From positions 32,364,001-32,428,000 of the forward strand of contig CM120642.1 of the NCBI GenBank assembly GCA_051362555.1: a stretch of DNA of 64,000 nucleotides, given 5' to 3'. The notes under the pieces are model-generated. The model searched no databases, had not been told where the DNA came from, and saw only the letters and a list, made by a program, of their open reading frames with translations. Position 1 is the stretch's first letter, and every line of letters starts with the position of its first letter. Shown piece by piece: positions 25,833 to 39,391 of this stretch. The translations under genes were made by a program, and so were the position numbers. Source of the DNA: Lingula anatina (taxonomy: Eukaryota > Animalia > Brachiopoda).

Positions 25833-27007
25833 CCAACAGAGCAAAACTGATCCAATGCTCTCCATTTTTTTTTCTCTCGTGACTTGCAGGTAAACCAATC
25901 CAACCTGGCCTTTACGTTCACACAGAACCTGCGTTATTCTAGCCAAGGAAAACAGCTTTGACACGCTCACTTCCCTGGGCTTTTCATGTGGTGCTAGATT
26001 CAAATTTCCTTCAGCATATAAATCAAAGAGAGGCTGGAAGAGCCCTGCTGGGTTTCCCTCTACTTGCCATCAGATAAAGATGCCCCATGATTGCAGACAA
26101 GATCAGATAATAAAGAAGGCTTAGCCCCAAGATGCGTTGCATAATTCATTTATCAAAATGGCAACTGTCAAAGTTCTCATTTAACAAGAGCAGAACTGAA
26201 AAAATTTCCCTTGTGAAAGCAAAGTAGAGGTAACATTAAAAGAATCCCAGAAAATGGATTATTATAATTTGCAATAAAAAAAATTAAATCCCAATATCAT
26301 TGTCACACTTATAGAATCAAACTGTGACGACAAACTGCCATAGAAACAAGTGTGAGATTGCTCTATAAGTAAAGGTACATACATGTCATTTAATCATTTT
26401 ATACTTTTATGGGTGGATTAGGGTAGACACGCATTTTCATGATGCAATCACAAATCATTAAAAAGACAACTTAAATATATGAGATGCAACATGGGGCTAC
26501 AAAAAAAAAAAAAAAAAAAAAAGCCTTTAAGGGGTCTGTTGAAGATTGAAATCTGCCAAGAAAAAAATTGAATTTCTGATTGAAGTTTTCTGTGATGTTG
26601 ACAGACATAAATTAACCCATCATTCTACTTAAAGAATGTGTTATCTAAATAATTTAAGTAGATGTCTCAGATATCAGCATACCTCCATAAGGAGGTCAGT
26701 CAATCTAAAAACATCATAAAATGTCTTAAAGCATTTATTACATGTATACTGATTTCCCTTAAAGGTACACAGTATAAGATTTCCATTGAAAAAACTGTAC
26801 CTAACCAATTTTCCTGGGGTAAAAGATATTCTTTCGCCTGTCCAGCCAACCTTTGATCCTCCCTTCCTGACACTTGCCATAGGTCTCTTAAAATCTGGCC
26901 AAATTTAAAAGTCTTTAAGAGGGTCCTACGTGTATATCTTACAAAGGCCTACCTTTGGCAAAATAACTTCTTTTACATGAAATACTCATTTTGAAATGAG
27001 CCCAATT

Positions 27008-27050
<43 letters not shown>

Positions 27051-27457
27051 TTTAGAACAAACTCTTTTTTTGTTTGATGCACCAAATGTTAATTGTCAGT
27101 TTCCCTGCTTTATAAATTGGTATGAGATAGTTATCAGTTTCCAAGTTATGTAGCCCATTAGGAATTAAGCTGTTAATATGTAAATTTGCATAGTCAACAA
27201 CAACATGTAGAGTAAAAACTACAATCTGGTTCCAATGATTGGTTTTAAATGTTTTTGTTTAGGAGATATGAGTCCCTCATCAAGTATTTCATTAAACAAA
27301 TTAAGGCTCTTTACTATGAAATTTAGAAGGAAGAATTTTAAAGAAAAATTCCTGGCACTGGATTGTTGCAATTAAAATGGTATTCAAATGATGTGGGAAG
27401 CTTCTCAGGTGAGGGAAATGTGTTTGAAATTAATATCATAGTTTTCACTCCAAAAAA

Positions 27458-27491
<34 letters not shown>

Positions 27492-30400
27492 CTGCTATTA
27501 TATCATCAGCACAAGTTGGCAAATTCACACGAATGTACTTCTGATGTAACAGCTTGTCTTCAAATAAGTTCAGCAAAAACTGGCTTATGTAACTTAACAT
27601 GTGCTTAAAATCCTACGCTTTGTCACTTAAAAGTAAAAACCTGCACAGCAAATGTCAAGAATAGCAATTTTTATCAGATAACGCACTTTCTCAATGACAA
27701 ATAAAAATTAGGAAAAGGAAATATTGTGTCCAGTTGTGCAAGGTAACAGTTTTTATATCCTGCATGATACAAAGGTCGTTTTATTCTCCAATAAATGCCA
27801 ACAAATTGAGAAAGAAGGATCCTTTCACAATGCCAATATGTCAGATGACTTTGTCTACTGGAGCAAACCAATTTACAAATCTGTAACCAATTATTCCAAC
27901 CAACCTTCATCAGAACAATTCACTGGGGTCAACTAGGACAGCTTATTTAACTTACCAGACAACAAAACAAATGGATACAGTAAAAAAGTAAAGAACAGCA
28001 ACTTTGCCATAAGCTTAACATTGCAGTTATTAACATGTCCACTCTAATTTGGCTCCCAACACAGCACCAGTGCTTTGTTTATACAGGTTTTATTCAACAA
28101 GCACCTTGAATCAATTTTAAATAAGTGTGCCTTCAAGGCAAACTGAATCATCCCCATGGTAAGAAAAAAGGCAAGGAAATTTGATTTAAGAATCTGTGAT
28201 CCTTGAAGCAATTTGCAATTAGTTCCATTAGTTCCCACTTTCATTACGTTAATTATTATTGGCATTTATATTTGTAATCTTCCTTCCATACATAAGCTCT
28301 TCTAAATCTCATTTAGTCAGAGCAACTTTTTCCCCCCAAGTGTTGTGTACTTTTATTTTTGCGAAAACACTTAATTGACACACCTCGGTGCCCTTAAACA
28401 ACTGTCTCAAATTTTTTTCTAACCCAGTTGATGAAATTTCTGAAATTGCCATGGGGCTGTTCAAATGTGAACAGTTCTGTACTGGCAAATAGTGCCAGAA
28501 GAAAAATCCCAACGAGCCAATTACCCCAGCTGGTCTCTCAATTACTTCCCAATCAGCACAATAACTTTAAAGAGTTGTTAGGTAACAATTGATGCAAGAT
28601 CAAGTCACATTAGACCACATGTTTTGGCGGTCAGCAAATCTGACATTAAGGGAGCATATACATAAGGTCCCTATCCTGCATTTCAATTGGTCAATCTGTA
28701 AACTGCAATAAAGCTGGACTGTGCACAGCATGTTAGAAAGTATGAACCTTCCAACTGCATGTACGGTAGTTCGAACTACTGGTATTGCAGTTTGTTGTAA
28801 AATTTATATGATCAACATATACATTTATCAAAATTACATTGAAGCCCGTGTGAACACAACAATTAAACTGCCAATTACAGTTTGTAATACAAGTACAAAG
28901 TGTTCTAATCTAATAACTGCACATTTTCCAGAGCCAACCGGAAATAAAAGCTCTCTGTCAGAATCCATTCTTAACCTTCAACTGACTTTCTTCAGTAAGA
29001 CGATCTGCCTCTAGCTAACTACATACACTTGGAAAGGATTTGTCCCTTGCTGGGTGTATTTACATTCCACTTTTTGTCCTTAGAATTGTGCATCTCCCAC
29101 TCAAGGCAGCCAATTACAAAGATTTTCTTTAACAAAAAAGTTACATCTGCATAGAGTTTATCAAAACTTGAAGTGGCTTTGAAGTGAACATGATGTAAGT
29201 TTAAAATAATAAAAGTAAGACTGCGGAAAAATATAAGGCACTAGCAAAGACACCTTTGCAGATTATAATGGCAGAATTCACCGTTACCTTGGACATAATA
29301 ACGAATTCATAATTTTGTCCATGCCGTTACACAGATTATGACACGTATGCACAGTTAACCAGTTTCCATTGGTCATGGTTTTATATGTTTTTTTAACCAG
29401 AAGACTGCTTATTTATTCATTCATACATCATTCATGATATAACAATATTTATGACATTCTTTGTAATAAAAATAACTTTTGAAATTTGCTTGCACATTTT
29501 GCATGCACAGCATTGCTTAACAACTTGTCGCTTATCAAAAATAAGACAAATGAAGTTTTAAAACAATGAAGATGGCCAAGAAAATGTATAAACAAAATGT
29601 GAAAATAAAAAATAAAAGAAAGAGAAAAAATATGACAGGAAAAAATGGAAGCCACCCCCCCTCCCCCAGGTTCCATCAAAAGAAAAGATAAGGGCATATC
29701 CGCATTTAACTTCTAGAGAGAGGACAAGAAAAAAACTGTCACGTCCAGATAATGAAATATTGATAATGTTTCCAAACACAAATGAATTACAATAATAAAT
29801 TACACACTTCTTTACAAAGAAATGTTATACTTATACAATACCATTACTATGGGCATTTAGAAAATGTAACTACATGTAGGGCAGGACTTCAAACCAACAG
29901 ATTTTCAGTCACACCTTGGAAATGCCTAGATGTAAAAAGTGCTAAATTCACAAAAGAAATTATAACTTTCAAAAAAAAAAAAAAAAGTATCCAATCAGGC
30001 CATTTTTACATTATCTAGGGCTGTACTTCAGCCCTTTGAATCGTTCTTGTAGATTTAAGAATAATAAGTGGCATGTTTTTCCTTTTATGGTGTTTACAAT
30101 GAAAATGCACGGTGACACTAACATGGCTGGTGGCTAAATGTCCAGACGCCATGTCTCTCCATAAAAAAGGGTGTCAGAGCTTGAACTTACAAGGATACGA
30201 CAAATACTTTCAATAGTTCAATGCCCCTTTACGCAACCTACAGCTGTTACCTATTACTTCAACAATTGATCACGCAACACTTGAACCTTCTACATGTGGT
30301 AATCGGAGCAAATGACATGGACAATGAAAACAGAGATGTTTATGTGAAAAATCCCACTTCATCACACCCATGAAATTTAACAAACTGTTGAGAATTAAAC

Positions 30401-31069
30401 TCATGAAATTTAACAAATCGTTTAGAATTAAATGTTGTAATAATGTGATTTTGAACTTGTTGCCAACTACACTTATTAAAAGGGCTACACCCACTAACAA
30501 GGAATAAAGTTAAACAAAGTTAACATGTAGCGCAGTGCATGGTGTAAGGGTGATTACTGTGATTACAAAAAAGTTACGTACAGTAAAAGCCAAGAAAAAT
30601 ACTTAGAAACAGTCAATTGAGGCTTCATAGTTTACTTATATTTAAGTGTATTTGGAGAAAGGATTTTCACTACATTTCACTTTTTCCCCAACCAAACAGC
30701 AAAGTATGCAGACACAAAAGTATTGAAATTATGTAGTAGGTTCAAAATATTTACAAAAATATTTATTTTATCTTCATGAATTTTCTAGTGCATGCACTCT
30801 TGGCAGATACTAAGGTTTAGGAGTTTAAAATATATTCTTGTCAAATAATGTCTGTCAATCGTAACACTTCCCCTGTTTGCAAAAAATTGTGACCCCTTTG
30901 ACCTCAAGGTGGAGGGCAAAAAATTAACTATTAAATATACAAAAAATAGTTTAAATCACCCACGTTTGAAATTTTTAATAGCACCCAATGTTAAAAAGGA
31001 ACTTGATGCCTGACTAGTAAAAAAAAAGTGAAGATAAAATAAGTGGACATCACAACCTAAACATTGACT

Positions 31070-31122
31070 AACCTTGTACATTAAAAGTACATCAACCTTG
31101 TACATTAAAAGTACATCAACCT
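31070..31122. repeat. 24-bp tandem duplication
   Basis: accttgtacattaaaagtacatca twice. Confidence 0.85.
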
Positions 31123-34100
31123 CTACATTATAATATAATTATCATTGAACAAGGACTCCTTTCTTGCAAACCAATCCATAACTCTATCGCCCAACATTTT
31201 TCTTTTCTATAAATCAAAGCAGCCTGTGGTACAAAAATGACATTTCAATTAACTAGCATGTGATTACTATTACATCATGGGTGATGTCATCTTGAGGTCG
31301 GGACCAACGCCTGAAAATTTTTGAGTTGCTGAAGTCAAGATCAAGCTCCTCAATGGTGGAGATCAAAGGTCACTATGGGTCAAGATAAACGGTATGTCGT
31401 TAAAAGTCATAAATAAAAGAAAAGACAAATAAAGTTCGAGAAAGTTTATGCAAACCTTTGTGCGAATTGTGAAGAATACATTTAATACAAAATGATAAAG
31501 TTAACTATATCTCACAACCAATAAAAAAATGAATATAAACATATACAAAGTATACAAAATATTGCACAGGTGCACCGTACTCCTAAATAATAAAAACTCA
31601 TGTCTCATCCATCAAAATGTCAACTTTGCGCAGCTTCCATCAAGAGACTACACTGGTGACATAAACAGCATGTCTTGCTTCACACACTTATCCATTTTTC
31701 TTTAAGGTCATATTTCAGCCAACCTGTAGCTATTTTCTAGGTTTAGGAAGTCTGAAATTTTCATATGCTATACTGTTCCACAGCATGTAATCATTTGATT
31801 GTCTATTTCATTCCCTTTCAGTGTTGGTTGCCTATGCAGGTTATCATGCTGCGCAGCAAACAATAACTAAAAATATTATGACCCCATACTTCATCATACA
31901 CTTTTACATTTCTTGAAAAATATCATTAACAAAGTAAACTTTTTACAAATAGCAAAAAATATTCAAAACCTAATGTATTATTTATATCACTTATCTAATA
32001 TGCATAACAATTATCAATTAGCAGAAAATAAATTGATATCAATATAATGTAAGTATTTGTCAGCCAAGTCCATGATCACCAGTGAAAAGGTTAGTGTCAA
32101 GTCAGCTCTGAAGCTCAGGGTGATGATCACCTGACATATAAAACAAAGCTCTAAATAAACTTTCCATTTTACCCATGATAACAATTGCACTTAAAGGTAC
32201 ATCTCTGTGCATTCCATTACTATGATCAATAATATAAAGTCTCTTGGTTATACATAAATCATATCAATATATAAAGGCACAACATTTGTAAGTTTTGTAT
32301 ATTTTATACAACAGTTATATTCAAACCTTTATATGAAGTTAACAATTTCCAACTTGCCTCTCCTGATACCCCCTTCGAAAATTATAAAAAATAAATTATA
32401 ACTGCTTTAAAGCTAAAGGCAAAAGAGGAAGAGTTGTTTGTGTTTTGATTATTTCAAAATGAAGCAACTTTTTGGTACTTGATATTCACTATATGACTTA
32501 TATAAGTAATGCTTAAAATATAAGATTCTATTTGTTGTAAAAAAACTCCCTAAAAATCTAAACTCACACATGGAAGCATGTACAGTAACAGCAACAGATG
32601 GCAATGAATTATTATTGGGATCACAAATGTGAAAAGAAAATGCTTTTGGATACAATGATTAGGGTGACTGAAAAAGGTGAATTAACAATTACGGGTTGAG
32701 ATAAAAAATGGAATGGAAATCTCTTTAATGACATTTTTTGCTTCCAAGGCCATGCCTTTAAAAGGTGTAATTAATTTGTTACAAAACATCTGACAATTTT
32801 GTCGTGTGCTTAAGACATATGTTTGCACAATCACAATCATAAAACATAACTCTCCTGTTAGCATTATAACTATAGCATGTGCTATACTACTATCTGCATG
32901 CAATAGCCACTTATCTGGGCCAGTGCTTCAACCTTTAATAATGTTCAATGACTTGGAACAACAAAACTTCCGGAATTTCCACATACAGAGTGTCCTGGTG
33001 GGGCAATCTGAAAAATGAGGAAATAATGAAATCGGGTTAATTAATAACATCAAATAAAAGGCTTTCAGCAGGTTTTGTTCAAAGCATTTGGCGCAGATCC
33101 AGAGTAACAAATGTTAAAATCAAGTTTGAACGCACTTTTTTTACATGCAGCCAGTTTTGGTTCTTCATGAATGCCATACCAACCAGGGGCGTAGCTTTTT
33201 GTATTACCAAAATTCAATTGTGTGTAAATAAACATGAAAGTAAAACTGTTTTTTCTAGGGTCTGATATGTGTGAAAAGGTTAAACACTTATATAAACAAG
33301 TTTGAAAATCTCTGCTTCTGTGTAAAAAATTGAATGCCTTCAAAATAAACATATGCAAAATACCAAAAGATAATGAGCCCAAGAACCATGTACCCGTAAC
33401 CAAGACATCGCAATAAAAAAGAGAAGAAAATTAAAGTTCCATTTTTTCTACTCAATGAAAATATTAAGCATATCATTAAAACATGCACAATAATTGTGAC
33501 ACAATGCTAACAATCAAGATTTGTCTATATTCTACTACACAGGGAAAGTACAGATTAAATCTTTGGTAGGTCATTAAAACAGTCCTAAATAGAAATTCAA
33601 CTTGGTTTCTTTTAACATTATAGAGGTCTGAAAGTCTAAAATACATATAATATCTTTTATATATGCAAATGCATATACATGGGACTCTGATGCTTTAGAA
33701 AACGCTTCTGTATGGTATTTCTACGAACAACTTAAAAAAAATACAGCTATTTTTTGTACCACACATGTTGAGACAAGTGGTACCATCCACAATTAAATCA
33801 ACTGCCAATTCACAGCAGTGTTGTCATCCAAACTCCAACCAAAAAACCTTCAAAATTATGTCAAATTTGCTCTCATTTTCTGTGTTTATCATATGTCAAG
33901 GACCTAGAAAAACTAGGTAAAATAAACCAATCTGATTTAAAGAAGTGAACAGGAATGAGATACACGTAATTAGCAAAACCCAAGAGTTTCATAAATGCAA
34001 TCACCAGTTCCACAAATCATTTTGTGGGAGTCTTAATGACTATTATCCTCACTAAACAACGTCATTGGTGTCCCACAGAGGAGAATCAAGGGCGTTAAAT

Positions 34101-35249
34101 TAGTGCCACACAAAGTTGATATCGCTTAACATTTTCTCGCTATTTTGCTTGGCGTCTCCATTTACCAGACTAAATGTTATAAAACCAGGCAACAAGCAAA
34201 AGAAGTTGCCATAGCCAAGAAATGTGACAAGACAGATGTTTTGGAAAAATAGAAACATGATGCACCGCCCTTAATTTCACAGAATTCAATTTTCCATTGA
34301 GCCTGCAAACTTTTTCAAGCATGAGTCATCTTATTTTTAATTCTGAAAGAGATAGTATAGGGGAAAGTTTGCTTACTATGTAGGAACTTTTTTCAACCGA
34401 GATGATTGCTAGCATTAAAAAATATTGGCAAACTGTGAAGAAATATAAAAATATCAATGTTCAAACTGTGAAAAATACGTAATCAATTTTACTTTTTGTT
34501 CTCTGACAAAACTTATCAGTGAATGATGAAGAAATATTTCATTTAAAATCCAGTTTGTCTTAATTTCACAGTTACAACACACATTGGGCATGTCCTGAGC
34601 TCAGGCACATCTTTGAAGAAGTATTATAATTTTTCATAGATGGTGAGATATTAATCCAAAAATAATATGTGTTAGGTTTCCTAATTCAAAGAACAACTGT
34701 GGGCCACATAATGCAGTCTTGGCATATGATAAAATCTTACAATCTGCTGAGGCATAGACCATTTTTTTTTCTACAGACCATTAGGTTACATATCTATCAC
34801 CAGGCAAGCGACACAGTTTAACTCAATAACATTAGAGTGCGTGGGACAATAAAAAGATTAGATTTGCACCCTATGGTAAGAAATTGTAATCATATGCACT
34901 GCTGAGACAGCGTTCTAATTATACTAGTAACAATACTCAACCAAGCCAACAGAACCAAATTGTAAATGCCTTTACGCTTGTTACATGTAGCTAGTGTACT
35001 GGATTTGGATTTACTAGAAGTTTGGAGGTGTGTGTGTGTGTGTGTATGTGTGTGTGCATGTATGTGTGTGTGCACATGTAAGTGCATGCATGCGTGCGTG
35101 CAGCCTCATTAGGGTCTGTACCACTTGTGAGGATATGGATTTTCTAGCTTCTATTGAGAGATTAAAATTAGTCATTTAAGGCAAGAGAAATATTTGAAAG
35201 GAATAAGACCTTTCACACACCCCATTCCAGCCTTCATGGCACTCACCAT

Positions 35250-37563
35250 TCAATCTTCACTCTCTTCTTTATTCCATATCTTAGTCAGGCGCGGGGGTGG
35301 GGGCCTATTGGGCCTCTGTCTGATAGCACTGGCGCCCACCTGCAGGGGAGGAAAAACCGCCGACTCCACCTTACTGGGGACATCGATGGCACCATCTACT
35401 GAGCGCGTTCTTGGTCTCTGCCCAGGCCGCGGGGGTCTCTGCCCTGCTGCCTTTTTGTCACCTCTATCCGGGGTGGTGCTGTAACCTGATAACGTGTCAC
35501 TTTCAGATTGGCTTCTTTTGCTGAGTTTAGGAATTGTAACATGACCTTGTCCCAAGGTGGTTCTTGGTTTTGGTTTAACAGGTGTTCCACTCTCCTGGCC
35601 TTGACCTTGACCCATTTTTGACCGTGGTTTCGGCTGAGGTACGGTTCTTTCTGGTGTCCGATTTAATGGCGCACCATTGGAAGCTTGCTCCCCATCCTCA
35701 GAATCTCTACCATCAACTTTGTCTGATGTGGATCTCAGTTTTAAATTAGGTTTAACAGGCAGAGATGGCTTAAGTTTAGGAACTGCAGGCTTAGAGCTGT
35801 TACCTTCAACAGAAGCAACTACGGGAGAAGCTGCAGCAGCATCCTGAGGGACTGAACTCGCCTCTGGTCTCTTCCTTCTAGCTAGGATAGACTCTAATTC
35901 TGACATGTGAGATTCTCCATCATTGTTCTTGCGTACAGGCTTAATGGCAGCTATTGGTTTCTTTGGAAGATCTGGTTTGCTGCCTATGCCAACTCCTGGT
36001 TTACTACCTGAATCAATTCCCAATAAGACAGGGGGATGTTCTGTACTGTCTTGTTTCGTCTCCACTTGCTGGGTTTTTGGTTCATGCTTATTGTCAAACC
36101 CCCCTATATCAGTTGTTTGAGGGAGATGTAATGTTTGTCCTGTAACAGTTTGTTTTATTTTCTCTGGATCAGGGGGTTGCGGTCTAGGTGGTGGAGCGCG
36201 GTGAACTGGTCTGGAGACTTCAGTTGCATCCTTTCGTACCCTCTTTGTGGGAATTTTCACAAGGCGAGGTATCACCCATCTTGTGGGGACAGCAGGCTTC
36301 TCTTGCCTCTTCCTTATTATAGTTTTAATTCTATGAGCCTCTAGGTCTGCTGTGCTGCTTATCAACTGTGGGCCTGATATCTCAAAACTCTTCTTGCTGG
36401 TAGCACTCTCTGGGCTTGGCAAATCTGCCATTTCTATCGACTGGTCAGGTTTTTTGGGGAAATCAATTTTCGGCACATTGGGTTTTTTCTTTACCACTGC
36501 ACTGCTTGGGGAAAATGTTTTTAACTCTACATTTGCTTCAGGTGACTTTGGAGAAGACTTCTTTGTAGCTTTTGGAGCAGGTGGTGCTGGCCGTTTAGGC
36601 TTCCTCTTTAGCGTACTGCTCTTTGATAATTCTACAATGGGTGCCAGGGTACCACTTCCTGCCACACCTGATGATGTTGTTGTATCTGAAGCCAAGGTAG
36701 GTGGTGGTGGAAAATCTGAAAAATATTAAAAATATTCAACATGGTTATCTAATTCAGTTAAAGTTAAGATGAAAATTTAGAGTTTTCACTAATAAATTCA
36801 TCAAATTTAATATACCACTTAAAGTTTCTGGTGGAACATCTTTATAAATTTCATCTCTAACATTGACATTTTATTTAACAATAATTAAACAAAAGAAAAA
36901 ATGAACAGTCAATAATACAGCAATGAAAAACAAAAACAATAAACATTTTGAAACACAGTTTGAAACACAATGCAAATATGAAAATCACATACTTAAAAAC
37001 TGAAAAAACAACATGATTATAACATCCAGGCCTTCTACTCTGTACATTCTCCATTAAAATGAAGACCAAAAATATGATCAAAATCATTAAGAGGAAGCCG
37101 AAGAAGAAGAAGAGAACGAAGAAGAAATAGAAGAAACAGTGTACTTAACCATTATTTCACAATCAAAGCCATACTCACCAGATGATATAAATTCGATGTA
37201 TGATGCAGCAGAAACCCTTTGGTCATTGATTTGGTCAGTTGTCTGGTCAATGTCTCCTCTGCCAACACTGAGTTGGACATACTGGTAATCAGTGCTTTTA
37301 GGAACATCCTGGTCTTGGTCAATGATCTAGTGAAAAAAAAACTTTACAATGAGCATAAAGACAGTAAGTATACTTCAAAAATTGTACACTAATCTACATC
37401 TTTGTTTACTGTGTTTACAGTTAATTCTCATTACTTTCATTTTTGTTATATTTGATAAAATAAAAGATAATTCCACAACAAATTCATTTAGCTGACTTAA
37501 AAAGCATACATACTTGAGAAATCTGTCATAAGTATATTATGTGGCAACAACAACAACAACAAC

Positions 37564-37609
<46 letters not shown>

Positions 37610-39322
37610 AGACGTGATGCAATTTGCCACACTTACCTCTAGGTAGGAACCTGGAAACCAGCCCTGCTTTTTGCCATGGAGACCAAACCACCATCCATTT
37701 TCCATGATCTCCGTGACAACAATAAGGTCACCTGTGTTAAAGCTGAGGTCACCTGGCAGCTCAGAGTGGTATGCATACAGGGCCTGATGCTCTAAAACAC
37801 AATTTGAAACACACTTCATCATTATAAATATTCCATTATAGCTCAAACACACAAGGAATACTCAAATTACTCTTAACTTCACTTGTAATAATATTGCAAA
37901 TTTTCAAAATTCAACATTTAATGATATTCTCAAAAACATACTGTTTTTAAACAAAAAATGTTTTTAGAGTTAAAACATTAACTCTAATAATTCTTTAAAA
38001 ATTCAGAGTCACTTTTTCAGTTTAATATATATTTAAAATGATTACTCTAGCAAATAGTAAAAAAATAGGGTAAACCTGACTTAACAGTTTTTATTTACTG
38101 TATGTTGGAATTGTCTGAATGAAATGTCATAAGTCTACATAGTATGAATACACAAGGATATATGACTGGTAAGTAATGGGAATGCTAAAGCTAAACCAGG
38201 TTTTTGGGCAACAAAAAACCTAGAATCAATATCCTTTAGGTATTAAAAAATAATCTAGTATTCAAAATTAGTTCTCACCAATCCCAATGATGTCCTCTGC
38301 ACCATGATCACGTTGTTGATTCCTCTTTAGATGTTCATATGCTTTGGAATACAGAGGTTCCATAACCTACCAATGAAATTGGAATAGATAAACAGCTGTT
38401 AAATTTCAAAAATTCTGAAACAATTGTCATGAACAAGCAATTAATCTAATGACATTCAACATGTTCTTCATATATCAACTACAACATGGAAAACCAAAGG
38501 CGACATGCTTTTAAGCTGTTATTAACAATAGTAAATCATTCAATTTTAAAATAAAGAAATGACAAAGTTTACTTGTCTAATTACATTATCACAGGTATGT
38601 GCTTAACTTGCAGTCAGGACGTGTTGAACTTATGCAGACATTCAATAATGAAATACCAAAACAAATTTATGGCAAAATAGCAAAAAGCAATTATAGTGCA
38701 TACTACACACAAAATTAACCTTAGCCACCATTCAGAACAGTGGACTAACTAGTCCATGGATCAAAAATGGCGACCCACTGAAAACCTTGCCATCTAATCC
38801 CCTTATAGACACTGAATAGATTCCTCGCAGAAATTAGGCAACAAGCATTCAAGTGGGTCTGCCATGTTTGATACACGAACCAGTTTATCCGCTGTTGTGA
38901 ATGGGACCTTAGATTACACACTTCCGTCTCAACAGACTGGTCATCCCCTCCAACCTCTTGGACGTAACTGGACGGGAACCAGCCCTCCTCTCCAGAGACG
39001 TCCAGTGTCCCCCACATCCAGTCCTGCTGGTGATCTACAGCCTTCACTACTATCACGTCCCCTTCTGATAGCTCCAGCTCTCCAAACTCTGCCGCATGGT
39101 ACGGGTGGAGGACTTTGTAATACTTTTCCTGAATAGTTAAATGTTCTACATGTTTATAATGTATTAATATTGTTATTGAGTATTCCCTGCATATATATAT
39201 ATGTGCATGCATATAAAAGATGCAATGCAAGAATCCAAACAGTGAAGCAAATCAAATCATTTGAGTCTTGATCATGTCAAATCTAAAAACTGATATTCAA
39301 TAACACCAATGAATTTTGTTTT

Positions 39323-39391
<69 letters not shown>

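Noticed and set aside
26300-34300. Many 60-110 aa ORFs in the AT-rich interval
   Set aside because: No domains or coherent splice chain; consistent with intergenic DNA and a long 3'UTR.
35194-36729. Several plus-strand ORFs (65-125 aa)
   Set aside because: Antisense shadows of the Pro-rich terminal exon.
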